A DNA stretch of 64,000 nt from an uncultured Muribaculaceae bacterium (lineage in GTDB: Bacteria; Bacteroidota; Bacteroidia; Bacteroidales; UBA932). This document shows, one piece after another, positions 9,905-20,313 of this stretch (within the stretch, counting starts at the first letter, position 1; every line of letters begins with the position of its first letter). The position numbers and the translations under genes are program-made. The stretch is from assembly GCA_964521685.1 (NCBI GenBank), contig CAZFTS010000004.1, positions 6,516 through 70,515 of the forward strand, in the 5' to 3' direction. The notes under the pieces were generated by a model that worked only from the letters and a program-made list of their open reading frames with translations, ran no database searches and was not told the DNA's origin.

Positions 9905-10849
9905 ATGTGTAACGAGGAGCTTCATAACTATATTTTAAACCTGTCGGAAGAGACGGGCTTTGTAGCTTATGGGGCGGTGAAGGTGCAAAAGTTGACAGAG
10001 GAGAGGGATTACCTGGAGTCATATATCAATGATTCCTGCCACGCAACAATGGGTTATCTAGCCCGTAATCTTGATCTGAGAGAGGATCCCACTCTCCTTT
10101 TCGAGGGCGCAAAAAGTATTCTGGTTTTTCTTTTTTCATATAAACCAGCTCAAAGGACACACAAGGGATTACCGGCAATTGCCTCATATGCATATGGGCT
10201 TGATTATCACATTTTCATTAAAGAGAGGTTAAAGTTGTTGGCAGAAAAGATAAAGGAGCATCGTCCACAAATGAAATGCAGGGTTTTTACAGACTCTGCT
10301 CCGGTTTTTGAGAGAGCCCTTGCAAAACTTGCCGGGCTCGGGTTTATTGGCAAAAGTACTTTTCTTATAAGTAAAACCGCCGGAGTGCACACTTTAATCG
10401 GAACAATATTTATAAGTGAAGAGGTTTTATATAACGACTCTGTTGTAAAGGAAGGTTGCGGAAATTGCACAAAATGTATTGACGCCTGCCCGACCGGAGC
10501 CCTCACATCTCCATTCAGGCTTGATTCGCGAAAGTGCATATCTTACCAAACGATAGAGTCAAAACCTGAAGAGAGTGATCGACTGCTCCCGATTGAGAGG
10601 GGAGAGTACATTTTTGGCTGCGATATATGCCTCAACGCCTGTCCATGGTCATCCAGGGGAGTCGAAACCACACTAAATGAATTTACGCCGCTAAAAGACC
10701 CTCTGGGGAGAAGCATACTCAGTTACACTCCGGAAGATTGGATTAATTTAGGTGAGGAGCAATTCAGGGAGATCTTCTCTTGCTCTCCGCTTTTGAGAAC
10801 CGGATTACGGAAAATAAAAATGAATGTCCGACAAATTTCAAATATTTGA
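9905..10849 (+). CDS. queG: Epoxyqueuosine reductase
   Basis: YAYGLDYH, DSAPVFER, CGNCTKCIDACPTGA, CISY and GCDICLNACPW. Confidence 0.95.
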   Translation: MCNEELHNYILNLSEETGFVAYGAVKVQKLTEERDYLESYINDSCHATMGYLARNLDLREDPTLLFEGAKSILVFLFSYKPAQRTHKGLPAIASYAYGLDYHIFIKERLKLLAEKIKEHRPQMKCRVFTDSAPVFERALAKLAGLGFIGKSTFLISKTAGVHTLIGTIFISEEVLYNDSVVKEGCGNCTKCIDACPTGALTSPFRLDSRKCISYQTIESKPEESDRLLPIERGEYIFGCDICLNACPWSSRGVETTLNEFTPLKDPLGRSILSYTPEDWINLGEEQFREIFSCSPLLRTGLRKIKMNVRQISNI

Positions 10850-10851
10850 AA

Positions 10852-11781
10852 ATGAAATGGTATACCGAAATTGAGATTACCCCTTTAAAGGAGAGAATAA
10901 ATTACAGAGATGAAATTTTTTGTCTGGGGTCATGTTTTGCGGGAGAGATTGGAGCTATAATGCAGAATCTCAGGTTTAATATAACCGTTAACCCATTTGG
11001 AGTGCTTTTTAATCCGGGATCAGTTGCATTGGCAATCCGGAGGCTGATGAGCAGATCACATTTCAGTGAGGCAGATCTGTTAAAGAGCGGCGATATTTAT
11101 AAAAGTTTCAGCCACGGAAGTGAATTTGCATCCCTGAGTAAAGAGGAGTTTCTAAGTAAAAACAATGCAATACTGGAGAGAGCCTCCGATAACTTCAAGA
11201 ATAGCAACTGGATTATCCTTACGTTGGGAACCTCATGGGTTTATAAGTTGAAAAAGAGCGGGGAGATTGTATCCAACTGCCATAAACTTCCGGACTCTCT
11301 GTTTTCAAGGGTGTTGATGGAGCCCGATGAGATATTCGCAGATGTTGACAGCTGTATTAAGAAGAATCCGGGAAAGAGATGGATAATAACCGTCAGCCCG
11401 GTGAGGCATTTAAAGGATGGGGCAAACGGAAATCAGCTTAGTAAGGCAAGGCTGCTTCTTGCCACCGAAAGGTTGGCAAAAGAGAATGAAAATGTTTTTT
11501 ATTTTCCTGCATATGAGATTTTTATGGATGAACTCAGGGATTACAGATTTTATGCATCCGATATGGTACACCCGTCACAGGAGTCAATACAGTACATATG
11601 GCAACGTTTTATGAAATTTGTAATTGATGAGAGTAGTGATAAAATGATAAAACAGATAAGTGACCTGAATAACCTCATGAACCATAGGGTACTTTTTCCG
11701 GATAGTACGGAACATAAAAAACTTTTAGAGAAAATAGAGTCGCTTCAAAGAAAAATTGAGATGGAGTTGCTGAATTTATAG
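10852..11781 (+). CDS. GSCFA domain protein
   Basis: LGSCFA, NPFGVLFNP, TVSPVRH, YFPAYEI..DELRDYRFY..DMVHP. ATG at 10852. Confidence 0.9.
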   Translation: MKWYTEIEITPLKERINYRDEIFCLGSCFAGEIGAIMQNLRFNITVNPFGVLFNPGSVALAIRRLMSRSHFSEADLLKSGDIYKSFSHGSEFASLSKEEFLSKNNAILERASDNFKNSNWIILTLGTSWVYKLKKSGEIVSNCHKLPDSLFSRVLMEPDEIFADVDSCIKKNPGKRWIITVSPVRHLKDGANGNQLSKARLLLATERLAKENENVFYFPAYEIFMDELRDYRFYASDMVHPSQESIQYIWQRFMKFVIDESSDKMIKQISDLNNLMNHRVLFPDSTEHKKLLEKIESLQRKIEMELLNL

Positions 11782-11799
11782 GTTATTAAGGATTTTTTA

Positions 11800-11831
11800 T
11801 TTGGTTTTAATAATTAATCGATATATATTTG
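11800..11831 (+). promoter_or_regulatory. Full-consensus Bacteroidota housekeeping promoter for the HU gene
   Basis: TTTG (11800-11803), 20-nt spacer, TATATTTG (11824-11831). Confidence 0.8.
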
Positions 11832-11869
11832 TATAACCTCTAAACACTCAACATCCTAAACAATTTTTT

Positions 11870-12142
11870 ATGAACAAAGCAGAATTTATTTCAGCAATTG
11901 CAGAGAAGGCTGGCATTACTAAGTCTGATGCACACAAAGCGATGAACGCTTTTATGGAGGTGACAGGTGATACCCTGAAAAATGGAGAGGGGATCACGCT
12001 ACTGGGTTTTGGTACATTCAGTGTAAAAGGGAGACCTTCAAGAACAGTCAGAAACCCTCGGTCTGGTAACATGATTAAGGTTCCGGCCAAAAGGTTTGTG
12101 AGATTCAAAGCAGGTAGAACACTTGCAGGAAAAGTGAGCTAG
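11870..12142 (+). CDS. hup: Histone-like DNA-binding protein HU
   Basis: MNKAEFISAIAEK, GFGTFSV, RNPRSG..IKVPA. Confidence 0.95.
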   Translation: MNKAEFISAIAEKAGITKSDAHKAMNAFMEVTGDTLKNGEGITLLGFGTFSVKGRPSRTVRNPRSGNMIKVPAKRFVRFKAGRTLAGKVS

Positions 12143-12161
12143 CCATTCCGGAAAGGATGCG

Positions 12162-12191
12162 AAAGACGCTGCATTTTGTGGCGTCTTTTTT
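12162..12191 (+). terminator. Terminator after HU (possibly bidirectional with the convergent thiN)
   Basis: AAAGACGCtgc-attttgtg-GCGTCTTT followed by a T-run. Confidence 0.7.
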
Positions 12192-12215
12192 ATTGCCTGA
12201 AACTTACAAAGATTA

Positions 12216-12845
12216 TTAATATCCGATAAAAATTATAACCCGACCCTTTTCAAAAATGATTTCGAAATTATCATCGACAGATTCATTCAGCGTTGCCTTC
12301 CACCAGTTGTCAAAAATGACATTCTGAAGCGGAAACTTCAATCCGCGGGAGTTCATGCGGATACCATCCTCCAGCGCAAATATGGATATCTGACTGCCGA
12401 TTGTTGCGTTGAAAACTCCACCGCAGTTGACAGAGAAGAATTTACCGTAGTTTGTCCACATTGTCACAGGAATTTCGGTAATCTTTGAATAGTCGCTGAG
12501 TAATGAGATATTACCCAAAGTGTGGTCCTCTCTGAGTCCGGTTGCGCCAAGAATTGAGATTTTTGCCGGCCTCTTTTCCAGTGCCAGCATAAAGGCCTTT
12601 GTGAGATCATTTGTCTCCTGACAATCGGAATGATAAATGATAGATCGGTACCTCTCCTGAAGTTCAGGTGCAAGCGAATCCATGTCTCCGGCAATAATAT
12701 CCGGGATAATGCCTCTTTCGATTAGTTTACCTGCAGCTCCGTCGCAGGAGATGATGAATCCGGCACTCTCAAGAATTCCCAGAGGGATTTCATGCGAAGG
12801 AAAATCCCCGTCTGCCAAAATAACTATATCATCTATTGCGGACAT
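12216..12845 (-). CDS. thiN: Thiamine diphosphokinase
   Basis: CDGAA, GDMDS, QETNDLTKA and GATGLREDHTLGN. Confidence 0.92.
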   Translation of the reverse strand: MSAIDDIVILADGDFPSHEIPLGILESAGFIISCDGAAGKLIERGIIPDIIAGDMDSLAPELQERYRSIIYHSDCQETNDLTKAFMLALEKRPAKISILGATGLREDHTLGNISLLSDYSKITEIPVTMWTNYGKFFSVNCGGVFNATIGSQISIFALEDGIRMNSRGLKFPLQNVIFDNWWKATLNESVDDNFEIIFEKGRVIIFIGY

Positions 12846-12855
12846 AGTGAATTAA

Positions 12856-13830
12856 TTATATAAACTTATATGAACAAATATCTCTGGTGCCGGTCAGAAA
12901 CTCTTTTATCTCCAACCTTTTTTTACCTGCAACCTGTATTGAAGTTATTTTAACCGAGCCCGTCCCGCATCCCACCCTTAAAAAAGTTTTGTTATCGGAC
13001 TCTATCTCTCCGGGCTTTAATTCATTTTGAACAATTTCCTCTCCCTGATATGCAGGTAATGTTGAGAAGATTTTAACTGAAAGCTCCTTAAATCCATTAT
13101 TCAAGGTAGAGTATGCTGCCGGATACGGCGATAAACCTCTTATCAGGTTGATGATATCCGTTGCAGGGCTGCTCCAGTCAATCAAACCGGTCTCTTTAGT
13201 CAGTTTCGGTGCCTCTTTAAGTTGATTATCCTCGTTTACTATTTTGCTTTGCGGAGTTATCTCGGCTTTACCTGAGATAATTGACTCTATTGTCCTGATT
13301 ACCAGCTCTGATCCTAAGATCATAAGTTTATCGTGAAGTGTTCCGGCATTGTCAGATTCGGTTATTTCACACTCTTGCCGGGCAATAATTCCGCCGGTAT
13401 CAATTTTTTCATCAATCATAAATGTGGTTACACCGGTAACCCTCTCTCCGTTAATAATAGCGTGATTTATAGGAGCTGCACCACGATAGTCGGGCAGGAG
13501 GGATGCATGCAGATTAAATGTTCCTAACTTAGGTATTGACCACACCTCCAGGGGTAACATTCTGAAAGCCACCACAACAAAAAGATCGGCATTAAAACCT
13601 CTTAATTTATCGGTAAACTCTTTGTCTTTTAATGATAACGGTTGGAGAAGAGTCAGCCCCTTTTCAGATGCAAATTTCTTTACCGCACTCTCCGACATCT
13701 GCAACCCCCTTCCTGTAGGTTTGTCCGGAGCAGTTACAACTGCACAAACTTCATGTCCGGCATCAAGGATTGCCCTGAGCTGAGCTACAGCAAACTCCGG
13801 TGTACCCAGAAATACAATTTTACTTCCCAT
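12856..13830 (-). CDS. fmt: Methionyl-tRNA formyltransferase
   Basis: FLGTPEFA, PDKPTGRG and NLHASLLPDYRGAAPI. Confidence 0.98.
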   Translation of the reverse strand: MGSKIVFLGTPEFAVAQLRAILDAGHEVCAVVTAPDKPTGRGLQMSESAVKKFASEKGLTLLQPLSLKDKEFTDKLRGFNADLFVVVAFRMLPLEVWSIPKLGTFNLHASLLPDYRGAAPINHAIINGERVTGVTTFMIDEKIDTGGIIARQECEITESDNAGTLHDKLMILGSELVIRTIESIISGKAEITPQSKIVNEDNQLKEAPKLTKETGLIDWSSPATDIINLIRGLSPYPAAYSTLNNGFKELSVKIFSTLPAYQGEEIVQNELKPGEIESDNKTFLRVGCGTGSVKITSIQVAGKKRLEIKEFLTGTRDICSYKFI

Positions 13831-15277
13831 TTTCCTTCTCCCCTTTGTAACGGTTAATTTTTTCCATAACCTTATTGAAGAACATTATATATGAGTCGGC
13901 GTTAAACAGCGAGGAGTCTCTTGTAGATTTTAAGGTGAGATAGACACCTATCGGGAACAGGACCGCCGAAGAGATGAGGGTGCCCACCTCCGGCCCGATA
14001 ACTCCGTCGGTGGCCAGTTTCTTGCCGCTTATATCTACAACCCAGTAGATTACAAAGAACAGCATAGATACGATTACCGGAGTTCCAAGACCCCCTTTCC
14101 TTATAATTGCACCAAGCGGAGCTCCTATGAAGAAGAAGATAAAACAGGCGATTGAAAGTGTGAATTTCCGGAACCTCTCTATTCTTATTTTTCGTAATGG
14201 ATTGATATACTGAAACTCTTCAATCTGATAATTATCCAGAAGAGTTGTCGCAGTTTCTAATTGAGATATGGCCATATTGAGATGCCCCTTCTGTTCTCTG
14301 AGTGACTCCCACCTGAAAAGGGAGTCGTATTCAAAACTGCTTCTGTACTTATCGGTATATGCTGTATCAAGCTCTCTGCTGAACGAAAGTCCGCCACCCC
14401 CGATCAGATTTCTGTACTGGAACATATGAACCTTTTGATAGAGTGTGTCCAGTGAGTCCTTTGCCGATTTAAGCTGTTTTAAATTCTGAGCCATTATCTC
14501 ATTGCTGAACCTCCCCTCTTCAGACCGTTTAAATGAGTAGTCAGAAAAGATAATAAGCTCCTGCTTTGAGAATCCTACCCTTTGAAGGGTAAATGAGGAG
14601 TCGTTGGAGCCATACTCCCTTGGCTCCTCTTCGTATGAGTAACCGTCATAGAGCGAAAAAATGAGGTATTTTTTATCGGCAGAGAATTTTATGGAACCTG
14701 AATCGGCAAGTGTGAGGCTGGTATTACCCTTTCCATCTTTGTGGGAATAGACCATAATATCGAAGAGGGTCCCCCTCTCTTCATCTTTTGAGCCGATTCT
14801 GATATTATAACCGACCATTCCGTCATAAAAGATCCCTGTCGGAATTTTAATCTCATCCTTGGTTCTTTGAATATCGTCTCTGAGCGAGTATATTTTGTTG
14901 TAAGAGACCGGAATAAGATTATTGGATGCAAAAAAAGCTCCGATACTTATGAAGAAAGAGAGAATTATAAGCGGTGCAAGCACTCGTTGAAGCGGAATTC
15001 CTGCAGCTTTCATTGCAAGCAGTTCATTATCTTCACCCATCCCTCCCAATGTCATGATTGATGCAAGAAGCGTGGCAATAGGGAGTGCCAAAGGGATCAG
15101 AGTGGCAGATCCCCAGGCCAGAAACTCGATAATAACCCAGAAGCTGAGACCTTTACCAACAAGTTCGTCAATGTAGAGCCACAAAAATTGCAGCATCAGG
15201 GCAAATATCACAATGACAAAGGTTAGGATAAATGGTCCCAGAAAAGATTTAACAATGAACTGATCTAATTTTTTCAA
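13820..15277 (-). CDS. LptF/LptG family permease (LptF-like)
   Basis: KKLDQFIVKSF, NELLAMKAAGI and PLGAIIRKGGLG; TTG start. Confidence 0.88.
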   Translation of the reverse strand: MKKLDQFIVKSFLGPFILTFVIVIFALMLQFLWLYIDELVGKGLSFWVIIEFLAWGSATLIPLALPIATLLASIMTLGGMGEDNELLAMKAAGIPLQRVLAPLIILSFFISIGAFFASNNLIPVSYNKIYSLRDDIQRTKDEIKIPTGIFYDGMVGYNIRIGSKDEERGTLFDIMVYSHKDGKGNTSLTLADSGSIKFSADKKYLIFSLYDGYSYEEEPREYGSNDSSFTLQRVGFSKQELIIFSDYSFKRSEEGRFSNEIMAQNLKQLKSAKDSLDTLYQKVHMFQYRNLIGGGGLSFSRELDTAYTDKYRSSFEYDSLFRWESLREQKGHLNMAISQLETATTLLDNYQIEEFQYINPLRKIRIERFRKFTLSIACFIFFFIGAPLGAIIRKGGLGTPVIVSMLFFVIYWVVDISGKKLATDGVIGPEVGTLISSAVLFPIGVYLTLKSTRDSSLFNADSYIMFFNKVMEKINRYKGEKENGK

Positions 15278-15297
15278 CTGTACCCCTTTTTTTGCTA

Positions 15298-17913
15298 TTA
15301 CATTTGTGTAGCAATTTCAATGAGCTTATCAACTGCCAATTTTATGCCCTCTTTGTTTTTCCCACCGGCAGTTGCAAAGAAGTTCTGGCCACCACCACCT
15401 CCATTAATTAATTTTGCAGCCTCTCTTATATCTCTTGAGGCATTTTTGCCATGAGTGAGCAGATCTTCGGTATACATCAGAGCCAGTGAGGGTTTGTCCT
15501 GATCGGAGTAACCCGCAACAAAAACGGTGTTGGTACATTCCGATTTCAACATAAATGCGATATTCCTGACAACCTCGCTGTTCTGATTTCCTGTCAGAAC
15601 CATTACATCAACTCCGTTAATTGTCATTTTCTGCTCAGCTATCTTCTCTTTTAACGCAGATGCAACCTCTCTTCGCAACTCGTCAATCTCCCTTTTAAGG
15701 GCATCATTTTCATTTACGAGCTTATTTATTGACCCTTCCGGATTTGGAGCATTGCCAAGAATTCCCTTTACAGACTTGATCAGATCTTCATTTTCGTGCA
15801 CGATAGCCTCGGCATTCTCCCCCGTAGTGGCTTCGATTCTTCTTACCCCAGCTGCTATTGCCGATTCTGAGATAATTTTGAAGAGTCCTATATTACCGGT
15901 TGCACTGGTATGAGTTCCTCCGCACAATTCGATAGAATCCCCGAATTTGATGACCCTCACCTTATCGCCGTATTTTTCACCGAAAAGTGCTATAGCTCCC
16001 ATTCCTTTTGCCTCATCTACCGGAATGTCCCTGAATTCATCTCTTACAACATTACTTCTGATTTCACTGTTCACAATCATCTCCACTTTACGAAGATCCT
16101 CTTCCGAGATCTTTTCAAAATGGGAGAAGTCAAACCGGAAGCTTTTAGGCCCAACCCACGATCCTTTTTGCTCAATATGTGTTCCGAGTACAGAGCGGAG
16201 TGCCTTGTGCAGAAGGTGGGTTGCAGAGTGGTTGTTCGCAATGTTCTGCCTTCTGGCAGCGTTAACCGAAGCACTGAAACGGCATCCGGTATCTGAAGGC
16301 AGTTTGTCGGTTATATGAATATTGAGATTGTTCTCTTTCAGGGTGTTTGTAATCTCGGTAACCTCTCCCTGAGGGGATACGATAACTCCGGTATCACCTG
16401 TCTGACCACCACTTTCGGCATAGAAAGGGCTCTTATCAAAGACTAACTGATAATACTCTCTGTTTTTAGCAGCCACCTTCCGGTAGCGGATTATCTCTAC
16501 TACCTCTTCGGTTTTTTCATATCCCACGAATTCGAATGTTTTTCCCGGATTGACATCTATCCAGTCACCCTCCTGAGTAGAGGTTGCCTGACGGCTTCGC
16601 TCTTTTTGTTTCTCAAGTTCTTTTTCAAATGATTCGTGATCAATAGAATATCCATTCTCTCTGGCTATAAGTTCACTTAAATCAACAGGAAATCCGTAGG
16701 TATCGTAGAGCAAAAATGCCTCTTCTCCGGAGATCTTCTTTGAGTCTTTGTTCTTTTCGATCAATGAGTCCATCAGCTTAATCCCCTTTTCGAGGGTTCT
16801 GAGGAATGACTCCTCCTCCTCACGAATCACCTTTTCTACAAGATTTTGCTGGTGAACAAGTTCCGGGAAGGCACTTCCCATCTCTTTGACCAGGGTGGGA
16901 ACCAGTCTGCACAATAGCGGCTCAGATGAACCAAGGAATGTATATGCATATCTTACAGCTCTGCGTAAAATCCTGCGGATAACATATCCAGCCTTCACGT
17001 TTGAAGGGAGCTGACCATCGGCAATGGAGAAGCTGATTGCCCGGATATGGTCGGCAATAACTCTCATTGCAATTGATATCTGCGGAGTTTCATCATATCT
17101 CTTCCCTGAGAGGGTGGCAATTGAAGATATCAATCCTGTAAAGACATCGGTATCGTAGTTGCTCTTTTTCCCCTGCATGGCCATACAGAGTCTTTCGAGA
17201 CCCATTCCTGTGTCGACATGTTTCTGCGGAAGAGGGACAAGTTCACCGTTAGCCTTTCTGTTGTATTGAATAAACACAAGATTCCAGATCTCAATCACAA
17301 GATGGTGACCTTTATTGACAAGAGTGGCTCCATCCAGTTCTGCTCTCTCTTTCTCGTTCCTGATATCCACATGAATTTCACTGCAGGGACCACAAGGACC
17401 TGTATCGCCCATCTCCCAGAAATTATCCTTTTTATTACCATAGAGGATACGCTCCTTAGGCAGATATTTGCTCCACTGTTCACGAGCCTCGTCGTCGGCC
17501 GATATTCCATCTTCACTGCTGCCTTCAAACACAGTTGCATACAAACGTTCTTTGTCGAGTTTGTAAACCTCTGTAAGAAGCTCCCAGGCCCAGTCTATCG
17601 CCTCTTTTTTAAAATAGTCTCCGAAACTCCAGTTCCCGAGCATTTCAAACATTGTATGGTGGTAGGTGTCGTGGCCAACCTCTTCAAGATCATTATGTTT
17701 TCCACTTACTCTCAGACACTTCTGCGTGTCGGCCACCCTATTGTATGTTGCAGGGGTATTTCCCAGAAACCAATCTTTGAACTGATTCATCCCGGCGTTT
17801 GTGAACATAAGTGTCGGATCACCCTTAACAACCATTGGTGCCGAAGGGACAATTGTATGTCCCTTGCTTTCAAAGAATCTTAAAAAATTATCCCTGATCT
17901 CTCTTGATGTCAT
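15298..17913 (-). CDS. alaS: Alanine--tRNA ligase
   Basis: [32 protein letters not shown], editing-site HSATH and CGGTH, C-terminal GGGGG. Confidence 0.99.
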   Translation of the reverse strand: MTSREIRDNFLRFFESKGHTIVPSAPMVVKGDPTLMFTNAGMNQFKDWFLGNTPATYNRVADTQKCLRVSGKHNDLEEVGHDTYHHTMFEMLGNWSFGDYFKKEAIDWAWELLTEVYKLDKERLYATVFEGSSEDGISADDEAREQWSKYLPKERILYGNKKDNFWEMGDTGPCGPCSEIHVDIRNEKERAELDGATLVNKGHHLVIEIWNLVFIQYNRKANGELVPLPQKHVDTGMGLERLCMAMQGKKSNYDTDVFTGLISSIATLSGKRYDETPQISIAMRVIADHIRAISFSIADGQLPSNVKAGYVIRRILRRAVRYAYTFLGSSEPLLCRLVPTLVKEMGSAFPELVHQQNLVEKVIREEEESFLRTLEKGIKLMDSLIEKNKDSKKISGEEAFLLYDTYGFPVDLSELIARENGYSIDHESFEKELEKQKERSRQATSTQEGDWIDVNPGKTFEFVGYEKTEEVVEIIRYRKVAAKNREYYQLVFDKSPFYAESGGQTGDTGVIVSPQGEVTEITNTLKENNLNIHITDKLPSDTGCRFSASVNAARRQNIANNHSATHLLHKALRSVLGTHIEQKGSWVGPKSFRFDFSHFEKISEEDLRKVEMIVNSEIRSNVVRDEFRDIPVDEAKGMGAIALFGEKYGDKVRVIKFGDSIELCGGTHTSATGNIGLFKIISESAIAAGVRRIEATTGENAEAIVHENEDLIKSVKGILGNAPNPEGSINKLVNENDALKREIDELRREVASALKEKIAEQKMTINGVDVMVLTGNQNSEVVRNIAFMLKSECTNTVFVAGYSDQDKPSLALMYTEDLLTHGKNASRDIREAAKLINGGGGGQNFFATAGGKNKEGIKLAVDKLIEIATQM

Positions 17914-17951
17914 ATTTAATATTGATATTTATCTGTTTTCAAAATGAATCA

Positions 17952-17987
17952 CAAAAATAGGTTTTTTATTAAAATTATATAAATTTG
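17952..17987. promoter_or_regulatory. Divergent -7 boxes (alaS / M23 operon)
   Basis: TATTTTTG on - (17952-17959) and TAAATTTG on + (17980-17987). Confidence 0.65.
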
Positions 17988-18013
17988 CACGAAATAAAGG
18001 GGCGTTTTTAACA

Positions 18014-18976
18014 ATGGTAAAACAAAAGAGATACAAATTTAACCACGAAACTCTGGCCTACGAGATCCATAAGCTTTCGTTAAAAGACAGATTTTCAAAA
18101 GGTTTTGTTTTTTTCTTATTGAGTGTGGCGCTTTCGGTCGGTTACTATTTTATCTATACACAATATTTAAATCTCGAAACTCCAAAGACACTTTCACTCA
18201 AAAGGAGCAACGGAGAACTGGCAAACAGACTCGAACTAATTAACAGAAGATTTGAAAGCGCAAACAAGTCACTGGTTACACTTCAGATGAGAGACAACTA
18301 CGTGTATCGTCCAATCTTTGGTATGGAGGAGATATCTCAGGATGTGAGGAATGCAGGGTTTGGTGGCGTAGACAGGTATTCCCATCTTCAGAGTTTTGAA
18401 CATTCAGGTATTTTAAGCCGAACGGCTCTCAACCTGGATGTGCTTTACAAAAAGACATTTGTACAGACAAAATCTTTCGATGATTTATCTCTTCTGGCAA
18501 AGAATGCCGATGAGATGACTCTTTGCGTACCTGCCATACCTCCTCTCAATATTGCATCATCAAGAATAAGATATTCAAGTAGTTTTGGTTACAGAAAAGA
18601 TCCTTTCCACGGAGATTACAGAATGCATACCGGGGTTGATTTATCGGGACCGCAGGGGGAGCCGGTATACGCAACAGGCAACGGGCGAGTGGTCGACATA
18701 GGATTTGACTTTTTCGGCTACGGAAACTTTATCCTTGTAGATCACGGATTTGGTTATAAAACCCGTTATGCACACCTGAAATCGGCTCTGGTGACAATCG
18801 GAAGGGTTGTCAAAAGAGGGGAAGAGATTGCTGTTATGGGAAATACGGGACGTTCAAAAGGTCCACACCTTCATTACGAAGTTATATACAGAAACAGACC
18901 TGTTAATCCGCTCAACTATTACAACAGGGATATCAATGAAGAAGAATTCAGGAGTTTAATCTCTCCTAAGAGTTAG
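18014..18976 (+). CDS. M23 family metallopeptidase, membrane-anchored
   Basis: HTGVD, YAHL and GPHLHYEV motifs; N-terminal TM helix and coiled coil. Confidence 0.92.
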   Translation: MVKQKRYKFNHETLAYEIHKLSLKDRFSKGFVFFLLSVALSVGYYFIYTQYLNLETPKTLSLKRSNGELANRLELINRRFESANKSLVTLQMRDNYVYRPIFGMEEISQDVRNAGFGGVDRYSHLQSFEHSGILSRTALNLDVLYKKTFVQTKSFDDLSLLAKNADEMTLCVPAIPPLNIASSRIRYSSSFGYRKDPFHGDYRMHTGVDLSGPQGEPVYATGNGRVVDIGFDFFGYGNFILVDHGFGYKTRYAHLKSALVTIGRVVKRGEEIAVMGNTGRSKGPHLHYEVIYRNRPVNPLNYYNRDINEEEFRSLISPKS

Positions 18977-18981
18977 GAACC

Positions 18982-19932
18982 ATGAGCAGATATAAATTCA
19001 ACAGGGAGCAGCTTAAGTTTGTAGAGGAGAAACTTGGGCTCAGGGGGAGGGTAGCTTTAATTCTGAAATATGCAATTGGCAGCCTCCTTCTTGCAGTTTT
19101 GTATTACATAATTTTTGCTTCGCTTTTTAATACAAGGGCAGAAGAACGGCTTCTCAAAGAGAATGAGATACTGGCATCACAGTATGAAAGGGCTGCAGAG
19201 AAGATGGATATTCTGGATAATGTGATAAATGATCTTCAAAAAAGGGATAAAGAGATATATATGAGTATCTTTAAATCCTCGCCACCGGAACTTCTTTCGG
19301 AATACAATCCGAGATTATATATGCAGCTGGATACATCCTCGGACTTTTCACTGGTTAATTACACAGCTGACAGAGTGAAATTCACCGATTACCTTGCTGC
19401 CGAGCAGATGAAAAAAATAGAAAAGATCTATTCCGATCTTCAGTCAAACAGGAATCTCCTTTCCATACCTGCCTTATTACCAGTAAAAGAGCTCTCCGTA
19501 ACTCAGACTGGTGCCGGTATTGGCAGAAAGATCCATCCTTTTTACAAAACAATGAGCGAACACACCGGGTTGGATTTATTGCCGGGGATCGGGGCCGAGG
19601 TTGTTGCAACTGCGAACGGAACAGTTTCAAAACTTGTTAAATCGGATCGGGACAGAGGTAATCAGATTAGAATAAACCATGGAAATGGTTATGAGACATA
19701 CTATGCCCATCTTGGAGATATATTTGTGAGAGAGGGGCAGGTGGTCCAGAGAGGAGGAGTAATTGCAAGAGTGGGAAACAGCGGTCTCTCGTTTGCTCCG
19801 CATTTACATTATGAGGTGATTTACAATGGGAAGATCATGGATCCGGTGAATTATTTCTTTGCAGAGCTCAATCCGGGCAGCTACAAGGAGATGATGTTAA
19901 TTGCGCTCAACAGCGGACAGTCAATGGACTAG
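18982..19932 (+). CDS. Second M23 family metallopeptidase (tandem paralogue)
   Basis: HTGLD, YAHL and APHLHYEV. Confidence 0.9.
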   Translation: MSRYKFNREQLKFVEEKLGLRGRVALILKYAIGSLLLAVLYYIIFASLFNTRAEERLLKENEILASQYERAAEKMDILDNVINDLQKRDKEIYMSIFKSSPPELLSEYNPRLYMQLDTSSDFSLVNYTADRVKFTDYLAAEQMKKIEKIYSDLQSNRNLLSIPALLPVKELSVTQTGAGIGRKIHPFYKTMSEHTGLDLLPGIGAEVVATANGTVSKLVKSDRDRGNQIRINHGNGYETYYAHLGDIFVREGQVVQRGGVIARVGNSGLSFAPHLHYEVIYNGKIMDPVNYFFAELNPGSYKEMMLIALNSGQSMD

Positions 19933-19973
19933 TCCCCATAAAAATATTAAAGAAACCCTTTAATTCTTAACTT

Positions 19974-20312
19974 ATGCCATACAAAGAGTTTAAAATTGAA
20001 AAGCTTTACTATACGATAGGTGAAGTTGCAGAAATTCTGGATGAGAACACTTCTTTGGTAAGATTCTGGGCTCAGAAGTTTCCGGAGTTTATAAAGCCGG
20101 CCAGGAATAAAAAGGGTAACAGGCTTTTTACTGCCGATGATGTTACTAACTTCAGGATGATCCACTATCTTGTCAAGGAGCGTGGTATGACCCTTGAGGG
20201 GACGGCCAAAAGGCTTAAGGATAATAAAACCGGAGAGGACAGAAGGGTTGATGTGGTTGAGATTCTTAACGGGATTAAAGAGAGACTGAAAGAGGTGTCG
20301 GATTCGCTTTAG
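19974..20312 (+). CDS. MerR-family HTH transcriptional regulator (short form)
   Basis: YYTIGEVAE..SLVRFW..RNKKGNRLF. Confidence 0.88.
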   Translation: MPYKEFKIEKLYYTIGEVAEILDENTSLVRFWAQKFPEFIKPARNKKGNRLFTADDVTNFRMIHYLVKERGMTLEGTAKRLKDNKTGEDRRVDVVEILNGIKERLKEVSDSL

Positions 20313-20313
20313 T

